Source of the DNA: the human T2T-CHM13v2.0 reference genome, Homo sapiens
Assembly: GCF_009914755.1 (NCBI RefSeq)
Contig: NC_060947.1
Strand: one strand, 5' to 3'
Length of the DNA stretch: 64,000 nucleotides
The notes below the pieces were generated by a model. The model had not been told where the DNA came from. It did no database searches and worked only from the letters and a program-made list of their open reading frames with translations. Shown in pieces: positions 37,135-53,150 of this stretch (its first letter is position 1; each line of letters starts with the position of its first letter). The position numbers and the translations under genes were made by a program.

Positions 37135-38050
37135 CACAGTTTCTTTATCCACTCATTGATTGATGGGCATTTGGGCTGGTTCCATATTTTTGCAATTGCA
37201 AATTGTGCTGCTATAAACATGCGTGTGCAAGTATCTTTTTCATATAATGACTTCTTTTCCTCTAGGTAGATACCCACTAGTTGGATTGCTGAGTCAAATG
37301 GTAGATCTATTTTTAGTTCTTTAAGGAATCTACACATTGTTTTCCATCGTGGTTATACTAGTTGACACTCCCACCGGCAGTGTAAAAGTGTTCCCTTTTC
37401 ACCACATCCACACTTGCATCTATTATTTGATTTTTAAAATTGTGGTCATTCTTGCAGGAGTAGAGTGGTATTGCATTGTGGTTTTGATTTGCATTTCCCT
37501 GTTAGTGATGTTGAGCATTTTTTCATGTTTGTTGGCCATTTGCTTGTCTTCTTTTGAGAACTGTCTATTCATGTCCTTATCCCACTTTTTGATGTGATTG
37601 TTTTTTTCTTGCTGTTTTGTTTCAGTTCCTTGTAGGTTCTGGATATTAGTCCTTTGTTGGGTGCATAGTTTGTGAAGATTTTCTCCCACTATGTGGGTTG
37701 TCTGTTTACTCTGCTGATTATTTCTTCTGCTGTGCAGAAGCTTTTTAGTTTAAGTCCCATCTATTTTTCTTTGTTTTGTTGCATTTGCTTTTGGGTTCTT
37801 GGTCATGAAATCTTTGCCTAGGCCAATGTATAGAAGGGTTTTTCTGATGTTATCTTCTAGAATTTTTATGGTTTCAGGTCTTAGATTTAAGTATTTGATC
37901 CATCTTGGGTTGATTTTTGTATAAGGTGAGAGATGATGATCCAGTTTCATTCTACTACATGTGACTTGCCAATTATCCCAGCACCATTTGTTGAATAGCA
38001 TGTCCTTTCTCAGGTATTTCTTTATAGCAATGTGAGAACGGGCTAACACT
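36256..38050 (+). mobile_element. MSTA-like MaLR LTR split in two (36256-36613 and 38008-38050)
   Basis: ccaaatctcatg...aattacccagtctcaggtatttct resumes at 38008 as tctcaggtatttctttatagcaatgtgagaacgggctaac. Confidence 0.8.
36740..38007 (-). mobile_element. 5'-truncated L1PB1-like element with (TG)n
   Basis: ttttatttcaataggttttgggggaacagg...gattttggtgcacccatcac 3' end; ORF2 C-terminal fragments in the ORF track; TSD tctcaggtatttct. Confidence 0.8.
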
Positions 38051-38754
38051 AGGCCAGTTGAACAAAGAGCCCAGAAATAAATCCTCATATTTACAGTCAA
38101 TTGCTTTTTGACAAAGGTGCCAAGGACATATGGGGAAAGGGCAGTTTCTTCAATAAATGGTGGCGGGAAAACTGAATATCCACATACAGAAGAATGAAAT
38201 TAGCTCATTATCTCACTCTATATAAAAATCAACTCAATGAATTAAAGATTTAAACATAAAATCTGAAAATGTGAAACTACCAGAAGAAAATATAGGGAAA
38301 AAGCTCCATGACATTGGTCTGGGCAATGATTTGTTTTGAATATCTTCCCCTAAACACAGGCAACAGAAGTGAAAATAGACCAAGGGATTATATCTAATTA
38401 AAAACCTTCTGCATAGCCCAGGAGACAATCAGAATGAAGAGATAACCTATGGATGGGAGAAAATATTTTCAAACCATACATCTGATCAGGGGTTAATATT
38501 CAAAATACATAAGGAATTCAGGCAACTCAATAGCAAGAAAACAACCCAATTAAAAATGGGCAAAGGAACTGAATAGACCTTTCTTTCTCTTTTTTTTTTC
38601 TTTTGAGACAGAGTCTCACTCTGTTGCCCAGGCTGGAGTTGGAGTGCAGTGGCGTGATCTCAGCTCACTGCAACCTCAAGCGATTCTCCTGCCTCAGCCT
38701 CCCAAGTATTTGGGATTACATGCATGTGCCACCACACCCGGCTGATTTTTGTAG

Positions 38755-38895
<141 letters not shown>

Positions 38896-39451
38896 TAAAT
38901 GTTGGTAAAGATGTGAAGAAAAGGGAACCCTTGTACACCATTTGTGGAAATGTAAATTGGTACAGCCACTATGGAAAACAGCATGAAGGTTCCTTAAAGA
39001 ATCAAATATAGAACTACCTTGTGATCCAGCAATACTACTATTGGTTATATCTGAAAATATGAAATCAGTATGTCAAAGAGATATCTGCACTCCCATGTTA
39101 ATTGCAGCACTATTTACAGTAGCCGAGATATGGAATCAACCTAAGTCTCCATCAATGGATAAATGAATAAAGAAAATGTGCTATATATACACAATGGAAT
39201 ACTATTTAACCTTAAAAAATAAGGAAATCCTGTCATTTGTGACGTGGATGAACCTGGAGGATATTATGTTAGGTGAAATAAGCCAGGCACAGAAAGACAA
39301 ATACCACATAATCTCCCTCATATGTAGAAGCTAAAAAGGCAAATTCACAGAAGCAAAGAGAAGAACGTTGGTTACCAGAAGCTGGGGAGTGGGAAGATTG
39401 GGGAGATGTTGGTCAAAGGATGCAAAATTTCAGTTAGGAGAAATAAGTTCA

Positions 39452-39601
<150 letters not shown>

Positions 39602-39799
39602 CTAGTGAGACCCCCGCCCCAGTCTCAAAACAAAACAAAGCAATATATTGTGTTCTTGAAAAATGCTGGGAGAGTGGATGTAAAGTGTTCTCACCATAAA
39701 AATGATAACTATGTGAGGTAATGCATATGTTAATTAGCTCAATTTAGCCATTCCACAATGTATACATATTTCCAGGCATCATGTACATAAGACAATTTT

Positions 39800-41740
39800 T
39801 ATCAATTTAATAATAAATTAAGGGAAATAGGATGTGGTATGAGGTGCTTTTACTTCAGTGAATGAAATTTTTACAAGAGATATTTATGTCTACTAACAGA
39901 TATTTTAGTCATTTCATACTCCTCATAAAGTCAGTATAAGTTGTTGTAAAAAAAAAATCATCTCTAGTTCCCAGCTAGTCACAAGAAGGATCTGTTGTAA
40001 AAGCCTGATTATTGATAACAGGTCCTTAGTCCCAAGAGGGAGAGTCAGTGTTAAAGCCATTTCAGAAACTTTCAAATCCATAGTTTCTGATCAGGACTTT
40101 TCTGTATGGAATCTCATTCACTCCAAGCATGATATGATCCTCTGTACTGAAGTCTAGAGTTTTGTCTGTTCCAGAATGAACTTTTGTTTTGTTTTTTACA
40201 TTTTTTAATATCTTTGTAAGAATTTTTGCATCATCAATGGTCTGTCTTATTGATGGGATTCAAAGTGTTTGACTTCTGAAGAAATAGAAGTTTTCCCACA
40301 AATGCTTTGTATAGTTTTTCACCTGTTTGTTTCAAGTATGCTTGAAAAGAGGATTAGGGGCAGTAAATACCATCTTCTGGGTGTGACACACGTAAGGCTT
40401 CCTTTAATATGCATGCAAATCTGACAGGTCAGTTTGCTGCTGGATTAGGCAAATCTCTGTCCACTCCTCTTTCTTAGACATATGGCTTCTCTCCACTAGG
40501 TGTCTGTATCAGTCTGTTTTCACACTGCTATGAAGAACTACCTCAGACTGGGTAATTTATGAAGGAAAGGGGTTTAATTGACTCACAGTTCCACAGGCTT
40601 AACAGGAAGCATGGCTGGAAGGCCTCAGGAAACTTACAATCATGGCAGAAGGCAAAGGGAAAGCAAGCACCTTCTTGGTGGCAGGAGAGAGAAGAGAGTA
40701 AATGGGGAAGTGCTACACACTTTTGAAACTCACATCAGATCTCTAAGAACTCGCTATCATGAGAACAGCAAGGGGGAAATCCGCCCTCATGATCTAATCA
40801 CCTCCCACCAGGCCCCTCCTTCAACACATGGGGATTACAGTTTGACATGAGATTTGGATGGGGATATAGAGCCAAACCATATCAGTGTGCTCGCGTGAGT
40901 ATTGAGACTGCTAGAAGTTGCAAATTGTAAATCACATATATCACATTTACAGGTTTTTTTTTTCCTTACCGTGATACATGTGACTATGGGTGATTACCTG
41001 GCATGTTTGAGCTAAGCCTTTATCACATAATTCACATTTGTAAGGCTCCTCACCCATATGAGTTCTTACATGAGTTTTCAGCTGGTTACAATGGGTACAT
41101 ACTTTTCCACAGACGTGGCCGATACAGAGTTTGACTCCTTTATGTATACTCACATGCATTTTAAAGCTGCTGGCTTCTAAGAACACTTTCTCACACATGT
41201 TACACATCAGCTTGGCCTTGGAATACTTCTGATCCAACTCTTTCCCCAGAGCTCTCCAGCTCATAAGGATTCTTGACACTGGCCATATTAGACAGAGTAT
41301 TCTCTCAGACTATAGCTGGGCTACAAATTTTGACATTTCCATTTCACTGTTAGAGTTTGCATAGAGACATCTTGTGTTGGAAACGTTATTTCCCACAAGT
41401 GACGTCGACTACAGTTCTGAATTATTTCTTTGTGCAACATCTTCTATTATGAGTGTGGACAATTCATTTACATCTAGAAATAATTCAACATTTGCACAGT
41501 ATAAAACATTACTGGGATATGGCACTATTTTCTCCTGTTCTTTGGGAGCTGAAAATCTTTTTAGTTTGAGATAATGTCTTTGCCACAGGCTCTTGTTGAG
41601 GAGTCACCTGAACTAAATCTGACATTGTTTTTTATTCCATTTTTTAATTATTTAGAAGAGCTTTTTCTTTTAATTTTCAGGTGGCTTGATTTTAGTTATT
41701 TTTAGATTTGATGCCTTACAATCAGAAAAGTGTGGCCTGT
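39800..41740 (-). pseudogene. MYNN: Processed pseudogene of myoneurin (BTB-zinc finger), 5'-truncated and disabled
   Basis: ORF 40947-41279 ELDQKYSKAKLMCNMCEKVFLEASS...CNQLKTHVRTHMGEEPYKCELCDKG matches recalled MYNN fingers; C-terminus ...LQQLY* with stop at 39931-39933; no introns; frameshifts and LTR insertion. Confidence 0.85.
40505..40884 (-). mobile_element. MSTA-like MaLR solo LTR inside the MYNN pseudogene
   Basis: tgtatcagtctg...ccaaaccatatca; 5-bp TSD gtgtc / gtgtg. Confidence 0.85.
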
Positions 41741-43766
41741 TTAATTCTGTTTTAGAAATTGAGGTTTTCTCGATTTTTTGGGGGGTAAATGTTTGGACAT
41801 TTGAAAGAACAGTTGGTTATTGGGAGGTATAAAGTTTTATTATAGTAGATTTAACCAAACTGATAATATTCACTATTTGTCTATTTTGCATGTGAAAATC
41901 AGACAGTTGTGTTCCTTTATTTGACCTTCATAGGTAAGATTTTTTCAGTCGTCCTGTCCCATGTTTCTTATATCTTCGTTGTTTCTCTCCTATCTGCTGT
42001 GTTTGTTTTTTCTGGTATTCCTTATTGCATCTCCTGAGTCTAGATTCACATTTATTTCTTCTATATGTCAGCTCTTCATCTCAATATCCCTTTCCTCTGA
42101 ATTCTACAATCTCTGTTGACTCAGTTCTCTGAACTTCACTACCTGTATTTGTATTTTAGAGTTTTAGTAAAAAATTAGTTTTCCTTTGAAGGAAACCTTT
42201 TTTGATCTGATTGTTCCTTTTTGAGAGATACAACATTGTTATAAATTTTGTTTGGAATTCAATTTAGAAATTAAGGTTTTCTCTTTCCCTTCTGTATTAT
42301 GAGATTCTTTTTTCAGAATGCTACATCTTCATGTACATTTGATTTTTAAACAATTTTAAATACCATGTGGGTCACATTGTTTAAATCTTTTAATATCTTA
42401 AGCAAAAATTGTTCTACTTCTGTAGTCTTATTTTTCTTGGTTGGAAATTACTAAAAATATTAGAAAGATCGGGAAGTTCAGTGCTTTGCTAAGCATTTCT
42501 TTTCAGCCAGTCAGTAACAGGCATCAATGGGTGCTGTTTTAAATATTTATTGTGGGGTTGAAAACTGCTCCCTGGAATTCTCAGCTGGGCCAAGCAAGCT
42601 TTTCCTCTATGTTCATTGTGGCAGCTTGAAGTTACTTGGTGCCTTATGCCGCTTAACTAGGTGGCCAAACCACTCCCATTAAATGCTTTCTGTAGTGAAC
42701 TGTGGTGCCAAGTGAGCCAGAAGGCAAGTGCTGTCATCTACATGCTTCCTGTCCAGCACATATTATCCCTTCCCATTTGCCCACGGCTCAGAGTTTGGGG
42801 GTCTTCCTGGGTTCTTTTGAGGAGTCCCATAGACTTGGTTTGCAGGTTGACTTTCACTGATGGCTGGAATTGTGTGCTGGCCGACACTGGTTGCTACTGC
42901 CCTCCATACATCCCCATCTGCTTCCTGTAATTTCTGACCCTGAGAGCCTATTCTCCAGTCCTTAAAAATGTTTTTGTTAGTTACACCAGTGGAATTTGGG
43001 AAGAGAAACTCAAATCGTAATCTTACAATCAGAGTCTTCCTGCCACATGTGACCATTTGATTCATTGTCAAAGTGTATAGAGAATGCAAGCTATTTCCAT
43101 ATGCTAACCCAATTTTCTCCTCCCCCAACCCCAAATACCTTCCATAAATCTTTTTTTGAATCTTGCACACCCAAATCAGACCAAATGATTTGAAAGAAAA
43201 CAGAATTGGGGGATAGCATTTAGAAATCGCTGTAAATGTTAGCAGTTCTTGATCAAGGGAATGGAATTACCTGAAAACTACCTCAGTCCCCAGGAATAAA
43301 TGCACAAATAAGTCAAAAGAAAACAAATTAATGTAGAATGTAGTAACTGGCATTTTGTTCCCACCACAGTGCAAAACTCTAGAAAGCTAGGCGGCACCAC
43401 TTTTCTTGCACGATATATTATCACTGTGATGTCATGAAAGGGTGGTCAAAAGCACACCCGCCAATGTTCAAGAGGCAGGACAAGTGAGATGGTTTGACTG
43501 CTCTAAGAATAAGGAACTTGCAAAACAAAATCTCACTCACATATTCTATTAATATCTTTGAAATCTCCATCATAAAACATTACCTGGTCAACATTCTAGA
43601 AAAAAGGTCAAGAGGACAAAGTCAAGTCAGGAAGTCTTTGGAGGAATGCAGGTGGGAGACACACTGTGCATCTCCTACACAACAGTCCTCCAGTCTTCTG
43701 TGTGGAAAACTGAGCTGGGTAATACCTGAAATCATTATACTGATAGTGGGATTAAAGACTAATTAT

Positions 43767-45204
<1,438 letters not shown>

Positions 45205-45649
45205 TGGAAATGATTTTGAATTTAAATGTGCTTAATCACTGAAAATGTTACCTACTATAATTCATTTGTGGTAATTTCTGTGTAAAAGCTGTAAAGGTTT
45301 ACTACAGACCCTAACAAAGTATCAGAACATTATTTGCCTCTGAAATGACAAAGATTTTTTAAAAAAGAAAACTATGTATTCTTTTGTAAATAACATTCTA
45401 AAGTGGGATGAAAAGAAGTTCCTAACATATTCCAACAACTTTTATGTAAAACCTGCTTATGTATAATTTTACTAAATTTTCCAATTGGAGTAATGTGCAC
45501 TTAATACCCCAAATCTAACATTACGTGTTCTAATAAAGGAAGACAAATGTGATGATTACGTTTGAGACAGCATATTTCAGTCCAGAAATATGAGTGCTGA
45601 CACTAGAACTAATTTGATACTGTAAATTTCTACGCAGAAAAGATGCAGA

Positions 45650-48600
45650 ATGTAGTGTTTGCTTTTAGTTTATTTATTTTGCAGGAATCTTTGACTTTCC
45701 GAATATGTACTGTTTGGAGGTACGATGCATGCAGAGCCTTTTAAAATGCCTTTGTACAATTTCATCTCAAAATGATTTCATTCACAGCATACACAGAAAT
45801 CTAAAAGAGACATGGTATTTACAAGATTTAATAAGTTTTTGCTGCTTTAATGAAGAAACTGATCAATTCTTTTACAGTAGGGAAAGAAACATGGACATTG
45901 GGTATCATAAATAATTCAGAATTGTTCAGTCTCAAAGTAACTTTTCATGGCTTTAGAATTAAAATTGAGTCATCATTCTATTAATCTCTGAATGCCCAAG
46001 CCATGCAGAATCTACTTGTATTAAATATTTGGGGATGCAAATAATACAGGAAAAAAAGTCTGGTGAATGTGAAAACGTCATCAGAATTAACCTTTACAAT
46101 AGGCAAATACTGTTAATTCTTTCGAAAAGATACAGTAGTGGTGCAACACAGACAGTGCCCAATTTATTCTGATTTTTAAAAGTAACATTTCAGTTGTCAT
46201 TTTTCTTTCTCTACAGATAGATATACAGACACACACGGTAACATGGACTCATTCAAGGTCTAACAATGGTACAATATTAAAATAATTCAATTTTTAACTA
46301 TAAAGGGACATCTTCACATTCCAGGATACATCATTGATATTTTTAGAGGACAATTCTTCTATGCCTTATATTCTTTTTGTTTATACTGTCAGAAATACAT
46401 TACAATTACCTCTTAAAAGACTATATAAAATTGAATTGCCACAGAAGGTTGGATATGAACCCTAGACAACTGTGACAAAGCAATGACAAAATTTAAGGAA
46501 ACATTGATTTATTTGCATAATTAAAAAGTACTAAAATTGAGACCAGCTCCTTAAAAATTAAACTGCTTATCACACTTCCCATTTCTTCCAGGGAAATAAA
46601 CAAATTAGCAACACTTTCCCCACCATCATTATTAATTTGCTCTAAAACTACATTTTTACAATGCATTTCTTTGTTTCTTTAAAGCCCCCTGCCTCTACTC
46701 TCTTCCAAACAAAGTCAATATCAATTCAAAACATTTTACAATGCTTAAAAAGTTTCTGGCTCCTCTATTACCATTTTAAACTTTTAAAAACTACTCCAAA
46801 ATTTAAGGGGCAATGTACTTTAACAAAATGGCAAACGTGCTTTCTAAAATCCCAGTTTACAAAATAGCGAAATAATGTAAAATGTATAGTCAGGCCTATA
46901 TGTTACCAGATACATCAAACTAGTCATTTTAAAGAAACCTCTTACAAGAAACAAGAAGTGCACCAGCTGATCCAGCTGGCACCTCAGCAGCCAGGCGTCA
47001 TCCGATTTATATCCTACCACTTCCATGCCAATTGTCTGTACATACCAACTGACTACAAGATCCTTTTGAAAAGGCATCTTGAAAGTTGGGTGAATTCTTG
47101 TTCAAACTGGTCATAGGCAAAAAGCAGTCTACATATGGGACACAGTTAAACATACCAGATTTATCAGTGTCAAGTCATTTTGCCTATTTTAAAACTGAAT
47201 ACAGCCTATGTTGGCATATGAAACTTGTGCACAATTAAAAATTAACATGTACAAAACTTCCTTAAAATCAATCTGATACCGCATACCCCACCCTTTACAC
47301 CTATCCAATAGACTGTTTTCTCTCTTTTCCTGGCAGGTGAAAACAATGATTGACTAGATAATATCACCAAAGGATTGAAACCATGCATCTACTGTATAAC
47401 AGCTTATTAACCTTGATGTATTTTCATGCAATAGTTTTAAAGTCATCTACATGGTTTTATAAAGCATCAGACTGTTTTCAGACATGCTACTTTCATTCTC
47501 AACTGACAACTGCCAAGTTAATTGCCTCCACTTCAGCATATCACTATGAATACTGGTAAACCTTTTAGCTAGGACACCAAGCAGTATATATATATATATT
47601 TCCCCTAAATTGTAACTTAAAACCAAGTGGGGTTGACCATCACTAAAGAGATATGAAACCATACAAAGGCAAAGGCATATTACAGAACAGTAGGACGGCT
47701 AGACTGTTATTGGAGACAGAGACCAGTGTTACAAAAACCTTTGAAGAACGTTGTTTTGGGGACCATGCTTTTAAGCCCATCTGCTTTCTCACCGTTATTT
47801 TCACAGTTTTGCCACAGTTGTTGTGTGAGAGATGTTTTTATCAGTGTTAATTACCATGCTTCCTTTGGGAGACTAGTGGATATATTTTGGGGAGTTTTTC
47901 ACATATGAAAAAATGTTTTCAAAGCTGTAGGCAGAGTGTGAAATGATTCTGATGGAAAACTATGATGAGTTATTACGCCTTTGGTTTCATTATGCTATTA
48001 AGAGCAGCTTGTTTTTCCAGGTCTGCCAGAGATTACTGCTAAATTAGAAGTGGGGGGGCGGTGTAGGGGGGTTGGGGGAGAAACCTGATGGGAGCGTCTA
48101 TGGATATTCCTAAGACGATATCCTCAGGTAAAATCCTTTAGGATGGGAGAACCTACTAACTTTATTGCTGTTTATACTCACCAAAATGAGGGGAAGATTC
48201 CAAAACTCCAATTCTGAGCTAAGAAGGAACTCCAACAATGGCAGAGACCTTAATGAAATGTGCTATTAAGTTTCCAGCGATGCACCCTAGTGAGTCACAT
48301 GACTTTATATCTCTTATCCGCACCCTGAAGTTCTATTTCATAAATAAGGAGTGCTTTAAAATGATCTGAACTGCCTGTAGAGACTCAATTGACCTCTAGA
48401 TACAGTTATGTTAAATTTTAAAAGTTGTTTCAAAGTCCTCTATATTCACCTTTCTCTTAATAATTTTTGACAATCCCTCCTTTCCTAAATAATGCAGTGT
48501 GCAACTTTGTCGTTGGCCAACTGTAATTCCCCTCACACTGGTTTGTTAACATATGCAAGTAAGTTTTTATTGAACAGTTAATATTGATTTCAGCTAAATT

Positions 48601-49639
48601 AGGATTATGGCACAAAGTTTTATCTGTGCTGTAAACATCATGAATTTATCACAAAATTGGAAGGAAAAAAAAAAGGCCCTATGGACTGCAAAAGTTTAAG
48701 AACCACAGCTGAGCTCAAGATTTCCAAATGGATTTTGGAATGGACTTGCATTTGGCATACATTCACTGTGCTACTGGCAAAGCGCAGTTTTACGAGAATA
48801 TCATTTATAAAATCATACTTTGTAAGGACTTGTTATTTTGAAAACCAATGGCCTTAATAAAAACATGCAGTAACTTAAAAAAATGCATCTCTTATGTGGC
48901 ATAAGTAGGTCTTAGTTACCAGTGTTGATAGAGCTCGATGAATCACACTGTACAAGCCAAAGGCATCTTACCACCTCTGATTGTACTTTTAAACAAAGGC
49001 ATGATATGCCTAGTTCCTGACTGCTACAAATCACATTTTAAAACATTTTGTTTGTGTGCATGTATGTGTGTTGGAAATTACCCCTGAAAAAAGCAGCAAT
49101 TACAAATACCCTTAATTAATTTGCCCCCCCCCCCCCCAAATATTCTAGGTGCTTTTTCCTGTTGTCCTCTTTAGTAGGAAGCAATGGGAAGAAGCACGGG
49201 GAGCCTTGGTTTTCCAGAGAGCGGTGACCAGGTAAGTCTGCTCTGGGAATTCACAGTTTGCATAAACTGTAACATTTCATACTATGATTCAAAGTACTAC
49301 TTTAAAAAATAAGGGCCACTCAGCAGTAACTTTAACAATTGGGATTCCACCACAGAAGAGCTCTTGACTTCTGTGTGTACATTCTTTCACAGAGTGAATC
49401 CTTTCCCAGTTTCAAGTATCCCTTTCTATCTCTCACTCTGTAGTGAGTTAAGAAAGGAGAAAAAAAAGACCTCCCCATTTTTCCTTTCGTGAGCACAACG
49501 ACGACCACAAAGCCATTCCTCCTCCCCGCTGTGCAATCGAAAATGAAAAGGCTGGGTGGATGAATAGAGTCCCGAGGTTTCCTTTTCTTCTGGTAGTGCT
49601 CAAAGTTTCACTTTCAACCTGGCGCAGACTTTTCTGAAT
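45650..49639 (-). other. TAB3: TAB3 3' UTR (~4 kb)
   Basis: repeat-free AT-rich stretch after the stop codon; overlapping AATAAA signals at 45669-45678 on the minus strand; exact cleavage site inferred. Confidence 0.75.
45669..45678 (-). terminator. TAB3: Candidate polyadenylation signal (two overlapping AATAAA)
   Basis: plus-strand tttatttatt. Confidence 0.65.
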
Positions 49640-49788
49640 TCAGGTGTACCGTGGCATCTCGCACTGCTCACAGCGATTTAGTGCTGGGTGGTTAAGAAAG
49701 GTGCAGCTATCACAATTCCATGGAGCCCCTTCGTAGTCTTCATCTCGAGGTTGTGTCCGAGGACTTTGTGTGGAGCCAGTTCGATGCT
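49640..49788 (-). CDS. TAB3: TAB3 last coding exon: (E)[48 protein letters not shown] (NZF/RanBP2-type zinc finger)
   Basis: pyrimidine-rich acceptor ...cctccctcag; W-x-C-x2-C-T-F-x-N-x6-C-x2-C motif; TGA at 49640-49642; 149 nt, phase 1. Confidence 0.95.
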
Positions 49789-51103
49789 CTGAGGGAGGTT
49801 AGGATTAAGGGGGAGGGGGAAGGTAAATAGATTAACCTTTTTCCAAGTATAATCCAAACTGAAAAGAAAAATACCACAAAAATCAAGGGAGGTAATTGCC
49901 TACTTTAATATGTAAGCCAATTAGTAAATATATCTACTGGAAATGCATAGTTGAACAGAAAGTTGATCTTTTACTTTGTTCTAATTACTTTTTTTCTGCT
50001 ATAAGAAGATGGATATATGTCCAGAATAGATTGCCTTCCTAGGTCATTACCTGTAAATAGCGGAGAGTTATGCTTTATTCCAGCCAAATGAAGAAAAAGA
50101 GAAATGTTTTATAGCATGTTAAATTCTGTCGCCTCTGTAAGTTTTCCCTGACTTCAGCCCACCTTGACTTTTCCTCTCTATAGTATAATACTATCCACAC
50201 TATATTAAACATCTGACTAAATGTGTGCCTTCTTCCATGACAACTTAAGCTCTACAATATGCATATGTTTTATATTAATGGTTCATAAATAGCAGTGGCA
50301 GTTCATACCAAAGTTTTCCTCAGAATAGTGAAAAGAGGAAGATTCTACAGTTCATTTTTCATAAAGCTAAATTCATTCCGTATAAAAGACTTTTATTCTC
50401 ATATTCTTTCCTACATTTTTGGCATTAAAAATCCTTCATATATCAGTTTTTAAAAATGCCCATACCTGGCAACCTTATGTTGGTCCCCAGGATTTGAAAA
50501 AGATATCCAAACTTACATTCCTCTTAGGTCCTCATTCCCTCTGGCTTTGTGCTCAAAAAAGCTCTTTGCATCTAGAGTTAACCTGTAATTTCTGTCTTTT
50601 AGGTCTCTATTGAGACTGAGGTCAATAAATAGGAGACTAAAGATCTCCAGATGGAATTCACCCTGGAATCTGGGGTAACTGGAAATGAGATTAAGATCTG
50701 AGGTAAGCAACACCTTTTTAAATAGGTAACAAAAGAAACAGATCTAGGGAAGCTTTGTCAGTTACTATTTTGGGCTAGGCATATCTTCCACTGGAAATTA
50801 ACAAGCTGACTTCTAGTTTATCAATTTGCCTTATATGACAAATGTTATAACATTCCCCAAGAGATAAGGAGAACTGAATTTTAGACCCTGAACCTTACCC
50901 CAAGGTATGATAATGCTCAGCCTCAAACAGGAAGGTGATCTTAGCCTTAGGATATAACAGAAAATTACTGGGTTTTTCAGCTGCTTCCTATGACTATAAA
51001 TAGGAGATGGGCTTGTTTCTCTTGCTTCAACTATTGCTTTTTAACTGCCATTATCACCCACCTTGTGTCTTTTGGCTCATGACTCCAAAACATGTAGATT
51101 TAA

Positions 51104-51481
<378 letters not shown>

Positions 51482-51762
51482 TACTATGCCATTTTCAGAA
51501 AAGGACCTCTTTTGTCTTTACCTTTTAAAAGAACAATATGCCCAAAAACGTAACACTTAAAAAAAAATTCGTATCTTACTGTTGCTGGTTTTTAATAGAC
51601 ATGCTCTAAAAACTCAATGTTGCTATAAGTGTAAAATATACACCACATTTCAAAGACTTAGTATAAAAAGGATGTAAAACATCTCACTGATAATTTTATA
51701 TTGATTTCATATTGAAATAATATTTTGTATATACTGAATTATATAAAAATATATTAAAATTT

Positions 51763-52064
<302 letters not shown>

Positions 52065-52262
52065 ATTAATTTCATCTTTGCTACTAGAAAATTTTAAATT
52101 GTATATGTGGCTTGCATTATATTTCTACTGGACAGCACAGCCTTAGAAACTCGGTAATGTTTTTAAAGCAAAAAATAAAGGTATGGTTTTACTTATAATT
52201 CTACATGGATTAACATGTGTCTTTGGACATTCTGCACAAACTCTGGACACACAAGTACAAAC

Positions 52263-52364
52263 CATCTGCAGCTGCTGCCTGGGTGTCATGGATGTCTGCC
52301 TGTACTTTGGAGGTCACGCTAATTCTTCGGGCTTTTCTCTCAATTGTGCAGGGGTCTGAGGAGT
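52263..52364 (-). CDS. TAB3: TAB3 penultimate coding exon: (D)SSDPCTIERKARRISVTSKVQADIHDTQAAAAD(E)
   Basis: tttttatgcag acceptor, gtttgt donor, 102 nt, open frame continuous with both neighbouring exons. Confidence 0.9.
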
Positions 52365-52758
52365 CTGCATAAAAATAAACAACGCCAGAAAGAAGTGATC
52401 CAGTCTTTCAACTGCAAGAGTGAACAGGCTCACAAGATCTTTCAAGCAACCCACACAGCTGAGTGCATTTACCCTACCTATTACTTCATGTTACCTTTAG
52501 CAAGGGCAGGCACCATATTTAATACTGCTTTTACAACCTATACAGAGCAGTGGTTCTTACAACTTTTTTCCATCTTCTCCAGTTACATCTTCTCCCATTA
52601 CTTAGAACAAATGCCCTATTTCACTGTTTTCTACTTTTTAATGGATTAGGGGTACAAACTCAGTGATAGCAAATAAATGTCGATGTGAAAGCAAAATTTG
52701 GGAAATTTTACTTTAGCAATTATCTGATTAAGCAATAATTATTTAAAAATTATTTTAA

Positions 52759-53150
<392 letters not shown>

